The translations under genes were made by a program, and so were the position numbers. Shown piece after piece: positions 30,254-56,000 of a DNA stretch of 64,000 bases. Under the pieces are notes generated by a model. That model saw nothing but the letters and a program-made list of their open reading frames with translations. It was not told the origin of the DNA and made no database searches. The first letter of the stretch is position 1, and each line of letters begins with the position of its first letter. This DNA comes from the human T2T-CHM13v2.0 reference genome, Homo sapiens. The stretch lies in the NCBI RefSeq assembly GCF_009914755.1, contig NC_060929.1; one strand, 5' to 3'.

Positions 30254-31275
30254 AGGTGAACTTTTATCCATCAAACAATAATTTAACAAAAAATGTACCG
30301 GAAGAAGAATGTTCATTACAAATATAGGAAACATAAATATTACCAAATATTGGCAAGCACTAAAATGTTCAGAAATATAAGTCTATTACAGTTATAGCTC
30401 TCTCAAGCAAAAAAACAGCAGAGAAAAACTTAGTTTTCCTGAGGGGCTATTTATTTACTTAGGGATTTGTTAAAAGGTCAAATGGGGTCACACAGAATAC
30501 TAAGAAGAGCTGTTCACTCAGGCCTCACTAAGAACTCTTCTTCATGCAGTAGCTATATAGGAATATGACAACTGCTCCTACGACCCAAAGAGGAACTACA
30601 GCAACTACTCTTTAGCATCTGTTGCTCCCAACTCTGCTTTGCAATTATATGACTCAAGCATTCTGGCTCCGTTAACTATTACTGCTGTTACTCCCAAGTA
30701 AATTCCCTCTAAAAAATAAAAAATTTTCAAGCTGTAATTTAAGCTCTCTGCTGCCTCATGACTTCAATTCCATCAGAGTTACGCATTGTTTCCTCTGTAC
30801 ATCTTTGCTCTGCTTCCATTGCTAATTCCCTAGTAAAGTGTTGTATATTCAAAGTTCCAAAGAAACAGAATATCCAAGACATCACCAATCATCCAAAACA
30901 CAGTGTAGGAGGCCACAGTTAAGAGAAGCAAGACCATTAGCTCTTTTTATAGGCTCGAGAACAACAGGATGCTTTGGTCCTGTATCAGCAGGACGCTTTT
31001 TGGGTAGATCCTACTGCCACCCTACTATCGGGTAGATCCTACTGTCACCCTAGCTATGGGCACATGTCAGAGTCCCATGTAATAAAGGAGACAAAAGGAA
31101 ACCACCACGAGTATAAACTAAGAAAAGTACTCCAAGGTTTCTAAGAATGGAGCTGTATAACTCACTTTGCCCCGTTTGTTACTTCTCCACGGTACTTACC
31201 ACCACCTATTACATATATTTTGTTTATAGTCAGTCTTCCCCCATTAGAATGAAAGTTCCGTGAGGATAGGACTAT

Positions 31276-31578
31276 ACAGTCAGCCCTCAGTATCCATGGG
31301 GGACTGGTTTCAGGATCTCCTGAGGGTAACAAAGGATACTCAAGTCCCTGATATAAAATGACATAGTATTTGCACATCACCTTTGCACATCCTCCCATAT
31401 ACTTCATATCAACTCTAGATCACTCATAATATCCGATGTAAATGTCATGCAAATAGTTATTGTACTATATTGTGTAAGGAATAAGGACAAGAAAAAAGTC
31501 TGTACATGTTCAGTACAGACGCAATTTTTTTTTCCAATATTTCCAATCCTTGGTTGCCTTAACGGATGTAGAACCCAG
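31276..31578 (+). mobile_element. MER2 (Tigger-derived DNA transposon), followed by an L1MA 3' fragment to ~31820; duplicated at ~49323-49870
   Basis: ta-cagtcagccctcagtatccatgggggactggtttcagga...ctcaagtccctgatataaaatg...aaaaagtctgtacatgttcagtacagacgca matches recalled MER2. Confidence 0.85.
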
Positions 31579-32074
31579 GAATAAGTTCTGGTGTCCTATT
31601 GCATAGTAGGATGAGTATAGTTAACAATAACATATTATATATTTGAAAATAGCCAGAAGAGTAGATTTTGAATTTTCTCCCTACAGAAAAATCATTATGC
31701 AAATTACCCTGATTTGATCATTACACATTGAGTACATGTATTAAAACATCACATTCTACCCCATATATATGTACAGTTATTATGTGTCCATAAAAATTTA
31801 ATGTCAATGTGTGAAATAAAATGAAAAAATAAAAATTTTTAAAGCTGTAATTATCTCCATCTGGTAGGAATATATACAATCTGAAATAAAAAATATATTT
31901 GTAATTGTTAGGACAAAATAGATTATACATTAAGTCTGCAAATTATAAATTATAAAATTCTCACAGAACCTGAAAAATTATTGATACTGTTAAATATTTA
32001 AAAAGCTGTCCTTGGAGAGAAAGAAACCTATCAGATTTACATCAACAAGTGTAATATGTCAGCCTATTACCATC

Positions 32075-33077
<1,003 letters not shown>

Positions 33078-33097
33078 CCATCCTATAAGCTACAGAC

Positions 33098-33594
<497 letters not shown>

Positions 33595-33977
33595 CTGTAG
33601 ACAATACGAAATAAATATAAAGCAGTCTCAACTTTGGAAAAACAGAAGACTCTTACTGCCTCATAATATAGATGAAAAATGAAATACTAAGATAAGTAAA
33701 ACGTTCTTTAAAGAACAAAAACAAAAGAAAACCTAATGAAAGCTATAAAAGTCCATTGGATAATAATGCTACCAGTACTAAGGAAGTACAGCCCCTAAGA
33801 GTGACTTGCAGTCACAAATATAAAAATGACTATTCAACTGAACTCCTAAGGTGAAAATTTCTTATTCACCATGCTCCAAAATGGTCTGTAATATTCTTCA
33901 GAGATGGCATGGTGGGGGAGGCAAGTGGCATCTCTGCCCAGAGAGAATACACAAGCAGAAAGTTCAACACCGCTTAC

Positions 33978-34152
33978 CTGGTGAAACCCTACAAGCGTTT
34001 CCACTCCATACGCGCTCTGAATAATGGGATTGTGATGTCTTACACCAATTCTCAAACTGGGCGGCCAGCTGCAGCTGAATCAACTCCAGGTGCCCGTAGT
34101 TGCGATACCAAGAGTAGTAGCTGTTCACACGGATCACATCCACATACAGAGC
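33978..34152 (-). pseudogene. GUSBP: GUSB exon 10 homologue (175 bp, frameshifted)
   Basis: ctag|GCTCTGTATG...TTTCACCAG|gtaagc; [36 protein letters not shown] then [17 protein letters not shown] in another frame; the GUSB SEYG nucleophile motif reads SAYG. Confidence 0.93.
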
Positions 34153-34211
34153 CTAGGACCAGAGCAGCAGAGCCCGTTCAGCAACCACAAGACCGCATGA
34201 CTCAGTACTCA

Positions 34212-34601
<390 letters not shown>

Positions 34602-34830
34602 TCACAAAGTGGCCCAAAGGAGGCAGGCCTGTGATTGCACACTGACGCTCACGACGTGTGCAGCTGGGAAGGGCTGTGAGAGGCAGAGCAGCTGCCAACA
34701 CGCAGTCCTCAGCCAAAACCCAGGGCCCCCGCCACTGGAACTGACTCCTCTCCAGGCAGCACTCCCAGCACTGGGCATCCCCTCACCTTGCCCTGGAGAA
34801 GCCCTCCCACCCAAGGGGCCAATGCAGTCA

Positions 34831-35160
<330 letters not shown>

Positions 35161-35706
35161 TTAGGAGGCTAAGGCAGGAGGATCACTTGAGCTCAAGAGT
35201 TTGAGACTGGCCTGGGCAACATAGTGAGATCCCATCTCTACAAAAACATTTAAAATTAGCCGGGCACAGTGGTGTACCCCCGGAGTCCCAGCTACTTGGA
35301 AGGCTGAGGCAAGAGGGTTGCTTAGGCCCAGGAATTCAAGGCTGCAGTGAGCTGTGATCACACCACTGCACTCCAGCCAGAGCAACAGAGTAAGACCTTG
35401 CCTTCACACACACACACAAAAAAACAAAAAACTCAGGTTCCAACCCTGGAGTTACTAAATCAGGATCTCAGAACGCAGAGATCTGGCATTTCAATAAAAC
35501 TTCCCCTGGAGATTCTGATCAGCCAGGTTTGGGCCAGATCAACTCTAAGCTCACTTAAACCTTTGACATTTTATGAGTCTATTAAATCGAGTACAAAAAA
35601 TGCTGAGTCCAAACCGGGCAAACAAATCCCATCTCCCTATGCCCAGCCTCCTTGGATTCAGAAAGCCACACTGCCTGGAGAGTAAGCAGAGAGAGAATTG
35701 TCATTA

Positions 35707-35886
<180 letters not shown>

Positions 35887-35990
35887 TCAGACTGGCAGCA
35901 CATGGTTCTTTCCAGCTGTTCCCATGAGCAGGCTTCAGGACAAGCCCAGGCAAAGGCAGGGAGAAATGGGGTGGGGACCCCCAGGCTCAC

Positions 35991-36075
35991 CCCCTTGTCT
36001 GCTGCGTAGGTGGAGTTGGTCACAAAGGTCACAGGCTGGGAGGGGTCCAAGGCTTTGGTGTGAGCAATCACCATC
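35991..36075 (-). pseudogene. GUSBP: GUSB exon 9 homologue (85 bp)
   Basis: acag|GATGGTGATT...ACAAGGGG|gtgagc; [28 protein letters not shown]. Confidence 0.93.
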
Positions 36076-36323
36076 CTGTCCACAAAAGAGAGAAGACACA
36101 GGTTCCGTCAGTCCGGGAAAGGCTCAGACACCCTCCCATCCTCTCTGTCCCATCTTCCCCTGCCAGAACACAACTGGGGGCCAGGCACGATGGCTCACGC
36201 CTGTAATCCCAGCACTTCAGGAGGCTGAGGCAGGCAGATCACTGAGGTCAGGGGTTCAAGAACAGCCTGGCCAACATGGCAAAACCCCATTTCTACTAAA
36301 TATACAAAAATTAGCCAGGCTTA

Positions 36324-36578
<255 letters not shown>

Positions 36579-37228
36579 TTACATAAGGGCACGTTCCTCT
36601 AGTCCTAGACCGAGCTCTCTAACAACACTCTTTCTCCCCCACCCCTGAATCCAACTCCCCCAGAGGCGTAGCCACCCTGCCGGGTACACAGAGCTGAGGT
36701 CACTGGACTGAACACTGCCAGAAATGAGGTTCACTTCCTGAAATAGCTCTTGAACACAGGAGTGAATGGGCTGTGGATTCAGGTGGAATATTTATTAATG
36801 CATCAAGCAAACAGGTAGTGCGAGGTGGGAGGTAGGCATGAGGCTGGGTGCTAGGTGCTCAGTAATGACTCAAATCTAAGTCCACAGGTCCTGGGCAGTG
36901 GGAGTGGAGATGCATGCACAGAAAAACGGTGCAAGTGCCAGGCGAGGTGGCTCAAGCCTAGAACCCCAGCACTTTGGGAGGCTTACTTGAGACCAGGCGC
37001 TTGAGACCAGCCTGGACAACATAGCAAGACCTTGTTTCTACAACAAATTTAAAAATTAGGGCCGGGCATGGTGGCTCAAGCCTGTGAGCACTTTGGGAGG
37101 CCAAGGCAGGTGGATCACGAGCTCAAGAGTTCGAGACCAGCCTGGCCAACATGGTGAAACCCCATCTCAACAAAAAATAAAGAAGAAAACTAGCTGGGCA
37201 TGGTGGCGTGAGCCTGTAATCCCAGCTA

Positions 37229-37651
<423 letters not shown>

Positions 37652-37954
37652 TCAAGTTAACCAGGAGGGATGAAGGGAAGAGGCTCCCAACAGAGGGACC
37701 AGTCCGTGCTCAGAGCTCCCAGCATCTGCCCAAGGCCTCCACAGAACAGACTGTTGTGTTTTTGTTTTGTTTTGTTTTGTTGAGATACAGAGTCTCATTC
37801 TGTAGCCCAGGCTGGAATGCAGTGGCATTATCTCAGCTCATTGCAATCTCTGCCTCCTGGTTCACCTGAGGCGATTCTCCTGCCTCAGCCTACCTGGTAG
37901 CTGGCATTACAGACGTCCACCACCATGCCCAGCTAATTTTTGTATTTTTAGTAG

Positions 37955-38191
<237 letters not shown>

Positions 38192-38611
38192 TAGCCTCAA
38201 GTTCCAAACCCACACTCTCCAATAGCCAGGCTCTCAGATGGGAAGCTTCAAAGCCTTGTGACAGCCTGGCTGAACCTCTCCAGCCTGGGCCCTCCCTCCA
38301 TTTCCTGCCCCGGAAACAGGCATCTCCTCTGGCCACCTCCCAAAGCCTGTCTGGAAGCCTCAGGCACCCGCTCCTGGAAGCCTGTACGATTCACAACAAA
38401 CGGCCTGTCCACCCAGTCGTGCTGAGCACACCCCTATTCCCCCGAGCTCTGAACTGTCCTTTGCCCAGGCTAGGACAACATCTCAGAGCCTTCTGCCTGC
38501 TGCAGACTCGGCTCAGCCCAAATCACTCCATGAAATTGGGGTGTGGCATCTGCCTCAAGGAGCATTTCTACAACCTCTGCTGCCTCTACCGCAAATGAAA
38601 CTGGCTCTCAC

Positions 38612-38703
38612 CCACTGGCTCTCGGTGACGGGCACAGTGCGGAGCCCCACAGGGAGTGTGTAGAAGTCAAAGGCCCCAGTGACTTCTGTGCAGTCAGCCG
38701 CAC
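38612..38703 (-). pseudogene. GUSBP: Truncated GUSB exon 6 homologue (92 bp)
   Basis: tag|GTGCGGCTGACTGCACAG...GACTTCTACACACTCCCTGTGGGG...GAGAGCCAGTGG|gtgaga; VRLTAQKSLG then DFYTLPVGLRTV in a shifted frame. Confidence 0.85.
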
Positions 38704-39016
38704 CTACGACAGCCAAAGCGCCAGGTGTGAGCGCCCCGACAGCCTGAGCCCCATCTGGCCTGCCCTACAGCAGGAAGACCCCTCGTGCATGCACCCCAGA
38801 AGTCGCCACTGGGCCTGCAGAGAAGCAGCAACCAGAGGCTCTGCCCTTCACTGGCTGACCCTGGGACCTGCCCTTCAAAATCAGGCCTTCTCCTTGACCA
38901 GACGAGGTGGCTCATGCCTGGAATCCCTACACTTTGGGAGGCTAAGGCAGGAGGATCACCTGAGTCCAGGAGTTCAAGACCAGCCTGGGCAACCTAGTAA
39001 GACCCCAACTCTATAA

Positions 39017-39247
<231 letters not shown>

Positions 39248-39480
39248 TAAAGTGATCCGCCCGCGTCAGCCTCCCGAAGTGCTGGGATTACAGGTGTGAG
39301 CCACCATGCCCGGCCTACAAAAAAAATTTTTTTAATTAGCCAGGCATGGTGGCATGTGCCTGTAGTCCCAGCTACTCAGGAGGCCAAGGTAGGAGGATTG
39401 CAGCTCAAAGCTGCAGTGAGCTGTGATCAGGCCATTGCATTCCAGCCTGGGTGACAGAGTGAGACCATCACAAAAACAAA

Positions 39481-39519
<39 letters not shown>

Positions 39520-39668
39520 AAAATCTGGGCCTCCCACCAAGGGTGGGAAACATCAGAAAGCTCAGAGGACCACACCTGCCCGTTCACCTGTCCTGGGCTC
39601 CTGCTGAAGCCAGGGCTACCAGATGGGGGCAAAAGACCTCCCTTACGCAAGTCCCAAACCACCATTAC

Positions 39669-39856
39669 CTCCCACGAGTACAGGTAGGCGGGGTGTTCGT
39701 GCATCAGGTACGGCCACCAGAGGTTGGCACCCAGCACCTTCAGCTGGCCCTGGGTCCCAGCCTGGTTGTCCACGACTTTGTTTTCTGCATTCAAAAGACA
39801 CACTTCCAACTTGAACTGGTTACTGCACTTGACGGAGATCTGGTAATTCACCAGCC
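39669..39856 (-). pseudogene. GUSBP: GUSB exon 5 homologue (188 bp)
   Basis: gcag|GGCTGGTG...TGGGAG|gtaatg; [62 protein letters not shown]. Confidence 0.93.
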
Positions 39857-40303
39857 CTGCAGGAGGCAAGAGAGACCAGGGCTTAGGGAGGGACATGACC
39901 TGGGTCACACAAACGGGAAGGCCCCACAATGACCACTCCCAGGCACTCTCATTTGCTTCTGTTGCTTTTTTTTTTTTTTTTTTGAGATAGAATCTCGCTC
40001 TGTCACCCAGGCTGGAGTGCAGTGGCATGATCTGGACTCACTGAAACCTCTGCCTCCCAGGTTCAAGTGATTCTCCTGCCTCAGCCTCTGGAATAGCTGG
40101 GATTACAGGCACCTGCCACCACATCCAGCTAATTTTTGTATTGTTAGTAGAGACGGGGTTTCACCACATTAGCCAGGATGGTCTTGATCTCCTGACCTCG
40201 TGATCCGCCTGCCTCGGCCTCCCAAAGTGCTGGGATTACAGGCTTGAGCCACCGTGCCCGGCCCTGAACCAATGCGCCCAGCCCGCTTTTAATTTAATTT
40301 TTT

Positions 40304-40348
<45 letters not shown>

Positions 40349-41110
40349 AGATGGAGTCTCACTGTCACCCAGGCTGGAGTGTAGTGCTGCGATCCTGACT
40401 CGCTGCAACCTCCACCTCTGGAGTTCAGGTGATTCTCCTGCCTCAGCCTTCCGAGTACCTGGGAATACAGGAATGCACCACCATGCCCGGCGAATTTTTC
40501 TATTTTCAGTAGAGACGGAGTTTTGCCATGTTGGCCAGGCTGGTCTCGAACTCCTGAACTCAGGTGATCCACCCGCCTCAGTCTCCCAATAGATTACATA
40601 TATTATTAATGAATTGCTTCCTTTAACACCCTATTCATTGAATTTTCCAGTAAACCACAATTACTAATTACTCCTGAAATCAGAAAAGAGGTTAAAAAGA
40701 TTTTATAACAGTATCCTATGAAATCTACTACTTTCAAGTAATAGTAGTTGAATTACCAAAACCCGTCACTCAAGCCAATGACTACAATTAAGATATGAGT
40801 AACATTTCCTAGATAAATAAAGTCAATTAATTATATTTGCATCTGGGAAATAGAGAAAGTACATATAAGCCATGATTTTGAAGTCAAAAGAGAGAGAATA
40901 TTTGCCAAGGAGGGGTGAGTTATAGTATGTAATTATAACATACAGAAGTTTTTTGTATGCTGGTAACTAATTTTAATTTCCTACATTTTTATGTAGATTT
41001 CTGCTATTCTTGTCCTATTTTCCTAATCATCTTTCTATATGAATGACTACATAATTCTGAGAATACCAAAAGAGACAGACACAGAACCAATCGGATTCCT
41101 TTCTTCTTGA

Positions 41111-41430
41111 AGCTTCTGCACAGCAAAAGAAACTATCAACAGAGTGAACAGACAACCTACAGAATGGGAGAAAATTTTTGCAACAATGCATGTGACAAAG
41201 ATCTAATGTCCAACACTGATAAGGAACTTAAACAAATTTACAAGAAAAAAAAAAAATCTCATTAGAAAGTGGGCACAGGACATAAACAGACACTTCAAAA
41301 GAAGACACACATGCGGCCAACAAGCATATGAGAAAAAGCTCAATATCACTGATCATTAGAGAAATGCAAATCAAAACCACAATGGCATACCATCTCACAC
41401 CAGTCAGTATGGTTATTATTAAGAAGTCAA
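41111..41430 (+). mobile_element. L1 ORF2 C-terminal fragment, followed by AluS (~41432-41731)
   Basis: agcttctgcacagcaaaagaaactatcaacagagtgaacagacaacctacagaatgggagaaaatttttgca. Confidence 0.92.
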
Positions 41431-41911
41431 CGCCGGGCATGGTGGCTCACGCCTATAATCCCAGCACTTCAGGAGGCCAAGGCAGGCAGATCGCATGAGG
41501 TCAGGAGTTCCAGACCAGCCTGGACAACCTGGCGAAACCCCGTCTCTACTAAAAATACAAAAATTAGCCCAGCGTGGTGGCGGGTGCCTGTAATCCCAGC
41601 TACTCAGGATGCTGAGGCAGGAGAATCGCCTGAACCCGGGAGGCAGAGGTTGTAGTGAGCCGAGATCATACCACTGCACTCTCCAGCTTAGGTGACAGAG
41701 CGAGACTCTGTCTCAAAAAAAAAAAAAAAAATATTTGAATTTTGTTTAAATCGCTAACACATACTGGGCATTTAATAACAAAAAAAAAGGACATGAGATT
41801 GTGATCCTTATGAAGGTTTGAGAGGCATTTCACTAGGGTTCAACATACAGCAGTCTGAAACATACTGTAATAATTTAATCCAATGGCTCATCTACAGCAC
41901 CTAAAAAGATT

Positions 41912-42822
<911 letters not shown>

Positions 42823-44668
42823 TATTTTCGTAGACAATCTAATCTCAGAAGATTTCAGTTCAGACAAAAATCATGATAATTACTGTATTACAAAAGGGCA
42901 CTAGATAGGGGGGAAAGAGTAAAAATCACAATTAAAACAAAGGTTCAAAATTCTGCAGCAACCATATCCAGTTACACTTTAATATGTTTGCGGCAGACTA
43001 CATTATTGTTCCCAACTCATCACCCCTCCCTATATCTAAAACCTTTCCCCAAGACAATGCAGTTCCTCCTGCTAGAGATCAGGTATATTTATCTATACTA
43101 TCAATGTTAGCCATGGACAAGGTATGTGCTTTGGCTGACTGAATGTTAGTGGACATGAGAGAAGCAATGGCTTAAAATGTACTTCCAGAACTGGAGTTTC
43201 CTTGTGATTCTATCACTGTGACAGAAACACATTCTCAGGTAGTCCACTGATCCAAGGGGGAACAAACACACAGAAAACATACCTAGACTCTATCTGCAGC
43301 TTGCAGCCTCACCAAGCCAACAACAGTCAACTCACAGATATGTTAGCAAAAATAAATGTTTTTCGTACCTTAAGTTTTATATAATTATTGACCTGCAGTT
43401 AACTGATATACAATATACATTAATCTTAAAATATCAGTATCCCATTAAAAATATTTACATTAAAAACTGAGACCACTTTCTTTCCTCCTTTTTTTTTTTT
43501 TTTTTTTTTAAATTAAGAGACAGGGTGTCTCAATGTTGCCCAAGCTGGAGTTCAGTGGCTAGTGGCTATTCACAAGAACGATCATCGCACACTACCTCAA
43601 ACTCCTGGGATCAAGCAATCCTCCTGCCTCAGCTTTCCAAGTCGCTGGGACTATAAGTGTGTACCACAGCATGTCAGCTCTCTCTCTCCTTCTTGACCTA
43701 AAGCCTAGCATAAAATTAGCTAAGTAGAATGTTTCCAAAGATGGCTGCATCAGTATCTCCCATCCCACATAATTTCTGTTTGATTTTGCCATTCACCCAT
43801 AAAATGGTGGGATCTACCTCCCCTCCTTGCAAATTTGAGCTGGCCCTCTGATCCTGTCTAAGATCTGAAGCCAGATATTAAGGTACTTCATTAATTTCCA
43901 TGTTTGTCCTCTATGCAACCTAGCAATCAAGCAAGAAGTCAAAACATACTGACATAGTTTGGATGGGTCCCCACCCAAATCTCACCTTGCATTGTAATAA
44001 TTCCCACGTGTCAAGGGTGGGGCCGGGTGCAGATAACTGAATCATGGGGATGGTTCCCCCCATACTGTTCTCGCGGTAGTGACTAAGTCTCATGAGATCT
44101 GATGGTTTTATAAATGGGAGCTCCCCTGCACATGCTCTCTCCTGCCTGCCACTATGTGAGACATGCTTTTGCACCTCCTTGCCTTCCACCATGACTGTGA
44201 GGCCTCCCCAGCCATGCAGAACTGTGAGTCAATTCAACCTCTTTCCTTTATAAATTACCCAGTCTCAGGTATGTCTTTATTTGCAGTGTGAGAACAGACT
44301 AATACAATAAGTTGATACCAGTAGAGTGGGGTGCTGCTGTAAAGATACCCGAAAATGTGGAAGCAACTTTGGAAATGGGTAACAGGGAGAGGCTGGAACA
44401 GTTTGGAAGGCTCAGAAGAGGATAGGAAAATGTGGGAAAGTTTGGAACTTCCTAGAGACTTGTTGAATGGCTTTGACCAAAATGTTAATAGTGATATGGA
44501 CAACAAGGTCCAGGCGGAGGTGGTCTCAGAGGCAGATGAGGAATTTGTTGGGAAATGGAGTAAAGTCACTCTTACTATGCAAAGACACTGCAGGCATTGT
44601 GCACCTGTATTAGAAACGGGCATAAGATAGGCGGGAAAGAGGGAAAATAAGAATTTTTTTCTAGAGTT

Positions 44669-51959
<7,291 letters not shown>

Positions 51960-52337
51960 AAAGTACGATAAAAGGGTAATAGTAACAGTATGCTGTCACA
52001 GGTGCCATTCTCTTAAAAAAGAAATCCAAAAATAAATATAAATGGAAAGCAAATAATTAATGGAGTTTTGACGGTCAATCAATGGTAAATATTATTGGCA
52101 TTAGATTTTTCTATTAATTATAGTTTACCTATGATCATGTATTTTTCCATTTAAAAATTACCCTAAAACTTAATGGCTTAAAATAACAAATATGTATGAC
52201 ACAATTCATAGAAGTCAGGGAAATGATGGATTTGGGTAGGTGGTTCTGACTCGAAGTCTCTCATGAGTAAAGGTTGCTGTCATGTTGTTGACCCAGGCAG
52301 CATCCCCTGAAGCCTTTAACTTGTGTTGGAAGGTCCG

Positions 52338-53015
52338 TGTCTTAGTTTGTTTGCACTGTCGCTACAGAATACCATAGACAGGGTAGCTTATAAACAACAG
52401 AAACGTTTCTAATGGTACCGGAGGCTGGATGGTGCAAAATCAAGGTGCTTGCAGATTTGGTGTCTGGTCAGAGCCCATTTTTTAGTTCATAGATTACTGT
52501 CCTCTAGCTCACATGGCAGAAGGGGCAAGGACGCTTTTTGGGGTCTCTTTTATAAGGGCACTAATCCCCGGCTGGGCACGGTGGCTCACATCTGTAATCC
52601 CAGTACTTTGGGAGGCTGAGGCAGGCAGATCACGAGGTCAGGAGTTCCAGACCAGCCTGGCCAGTATGGTGAAACCCCGTCTCTACTAAAAATACAAAAA
52701 TTAGCCAGGTGTGGTGGTGCGTACCTGTAGTCTCAGCTACTCAGCTACTCAGGAGGCTGAGGCAGAAGAAACACTTGAACCCAGGAGGCAGACGTTGCAG
52801 TGAGCTGACATGGCACCACTGCACTCCAGCCTGGGTAACAGAGCAAAACTCTGTCTCAAAAATAAATAAATAAATAAATAAAAATAAAAATAAAAACAAA
52901 AAATAATAATCAAGGCACTAATCCCCAACATGAAGACAGACTATCATCTACCAAAAGCTCCACCTCCTACTATCATTACACTGGGGGTTAGGATTTCACA
53001 AATTCAGTGCATCAT
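52338..53015 (-). mobile_element. MLT1A-like LTR with AluS insertion (~52570-52910)
   Basis: tgtcttagtttgttt...gcttataaacaacagaaa...ctcacatggcagaagggg; ggcactaatcccc repeated on both sides of the Alu. Confidence 0.8.
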
Positions 53016-56000
53016 AGTCTGCTTCTAGAATGTTTAATCATTTGGCTGGATATCAGATAGGATGCCTCGGTTCTTCATGTGAGCTTTCTAGAAAAGATAG
53101 TTTGGAATTATTTGCATGGTGGCTGGGCTCGTAAAGAGTTGAAGGAGAGAAAGAGAGAGAAACACCAGTAAGGAGCAAATTAGTTCACTCAAAATTAAAA
53201 CCCTAGCCTTTGTGACCTTGTCTCACAAGGTAACATTCCAATCCTGCGGTGTTTTATTTCTTAGATGGGAGTCACTCAGCTTAGCCTGCCTTCAAGGGGA
53301 GGAGTATGAAGCTCCACTTCTTAAACTGAGAAGAATCAACAAATATGTAGATATATATATATTTTTAATAGTATTACAGCTCATGAACCCATTTAAACCC
53401 ATTTTAGAACTTTAAAGAAATATTTTAAAACGGAATTTTCAATTAAGCAGAAGAAATTGCCAGCTGTGGAACAGTGAACTTTATCGCTGAAATCACACAC
53501 ATATATACACACACACAGTGCAAACTCATACATGATCAAATCTATAATCTTATTACACAAAGTTTTGTGAGAGGAAAAATGCTTGACTTTTCAAAAGGGC
53601 TCATTTATTAAAAATAAAATGACCATTGTGTTCATTTTAGCTGCAACCTTTAAGCAATCAATGACTATATACTTGCTGTAATCATCCTTTAAAATTAGAA
53701 TTATTGAAAAGCTTTATCACTGATGAATGAAAGAAAGTAATATTGATTTGTGGCCAAGAGAGATAATCTCAGGCAATAAACAGGTGCAGTCTTTGAAGGA
53801 ATCATTTTATTTTATTACTTTCTGACATTATTGAAGCCAATTTTAAATAAATTCATCATGTTTTTAAATTTAATCACGTATTATTTTATCATACATTAGG
53901 TAAAGTTTCAATCTAAGTAACTCCTGGATAAAAAATGAAGTATATCAATTTACAATTACAAATACCCAAATTGTACAGGCATGCATTTTTCAATGACATT
54001 TATAAACTGTGTTTTGTTGTTTGTGCCTTGTGTTTGTTTTATTAATCAAATTAATTTATACAGATATATGTATGGAAATGAGACAGATATAACCAGTTCT
54101 CTATAAGTAAGCATTATTTAATGGAGTCTTTCCTTTCACTAATGATCATCAGGACAGCTAGGGAAGTGAGTTGAAATTTTCAGGCCATTAGGTTAATAGT
54201 TCTAGTAATTCTAGTAATGTTTCGACAGTCATAATATAAATGATACTATGTGGCTTGAATTAATGCATTTTCTTATGTAACAAATAATAAGACAATTTTT
54301 AAAAGTGGTAATTACTATTTTTAAATATGACAATTAAAAATAATGAAAGAAAAGAGGTTGTACATTGAGTAGCCATAACATTATCTTTAAACATATTTAT
54401 TCTTCATTTCCTAACTTTTCCCACCTTTTGGCTAAATCGTATGTTCTTTCTCTAACCTCACTTCTGTTTTATTACTCTCTGGGAAAGATTTTTATATAAA
54501 ACGTCTAAGCAATCAAACCTAACACAGGATGAATTTCTACACATTACTATACCCTCTGGTCACTATTTTTTTCTTCTCTTTATTGCCCATTTCCCTGTTC
54601 TTGAAACATTCCAATTATTTGCCTTCCATGACATTCTACTCTTACTTTTACTTTTCTGTCTCTGATTACTCATTTCCAGTTCCTTTTGTCATCTCCTTGT
54701 CTTCCTACACCTGCCAATTAAATTTGAATTTCCTCTGCATTTCATCTTATGTCTCCTTTTCTTCTGCCAAATTCTCTCCTTAGACAAATACAGTCATTCC
54801 CATGGTTTTATATCCCACTTATATTCAGGGGCTCTAGAATGTATAGCGCCAGGCCAAATCTATCTTAAGAACTTACTTTACTTAACCAATTACATCTGCA
54901 TCTGCTCAGGATCATGTAACCCACATCAGCATTTGGCTCTTCTGTAGACCCATTTTTTCTTTTCCTGGAAGTCTATTTTGACACCTACTTTCTGTCACTA
55001 CCCACGTTTTAGCATTTAGCCTTGTCAATTTACTCTCATCCATATGTAACTCTATCCATTTTCTTCTCTCTATTATGAACAGCAGTTTGAGCCATCATGA
55101 CCAATTTTGCAGTATCCCTTCTTAAATTAGCCTCCTGTTTCGCATTGGACATTTTCACCCCCCAGCAATTCCACCGATTTCATTCTCGGAAAAATATAAA
55201 TGAAGAGTTACATTTTTCAATAGCCATAATCATTAAATTTCCATGTGTAAGAAAATGTTCAGAACAGTATCAGTGCATTTATAATAAAATTTTAAAACTT
55301 GACCCACAAATCTCTACTTGTCCTTCTAGTTTTATTTCATTTGTCTCTCGTCAATCTCTACATTCTGATCACCACAATCTTTTAATTCATCTGAAAGCTA
55401 AGCTCTCTCTTAATTTACATTCTCTATACTTGCAATTTTGTCTACCTAGAAGTGTCTTCTTCCATCTTTGGATTGTTATTGCAAATCCATTGAATAGTTC
55501 TCATCTGAATTGTTTCTTCCTTGGGATGACTTATAAACACTTCATCCTACAGCCAAATCAGAAGACCAATATCAAAATCTTTCATCACATCCTAAATTTG
55601 CTTATATGTAATTATATGGCAAGAATCTCTTTGTCTTTATAATCATTATTCACTTATCTATGTTTTTTAAAAACTCTTCTAGGTGGTGATGCTAAGCTCC
55701 GTAATGTTGGGCTTTGTTACCTGTCTCAACTATCTTCCACACCTACCACAGTACCTGCTACATAGATGTATTCAATATATATTTTTAGAATTAGTAAATG
55801 ATGAGCAAGCGTGTACTTTTGTTCTCTTTCATTACAGTGTTAGAAATGCTATTACAGCATTAGAAAAGATAATCAGAAAGAAAATTTAATAGATCATCAG
55901 AAAAAATCCCAAGACTTTTAGGCAAATGAGCCTACAAACACAGGTGGAATGGACTTGCAATTTACCAAGAAATAGGTTTGTCATACTTAGAAACCAACTG

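Noticed and set aside
44203-44215. PRDM9 hotspot motif in the THE1 LTR
   Set aside because: Reads CCTCCCCAGCCAT, not the hotspot-associated CCTCCCT form.
55097-55642. 181-aa ATG ORF in AT-rich DNA
   Set aside because: No motif or homology recognised; lies in probable decayed repeat sequence.
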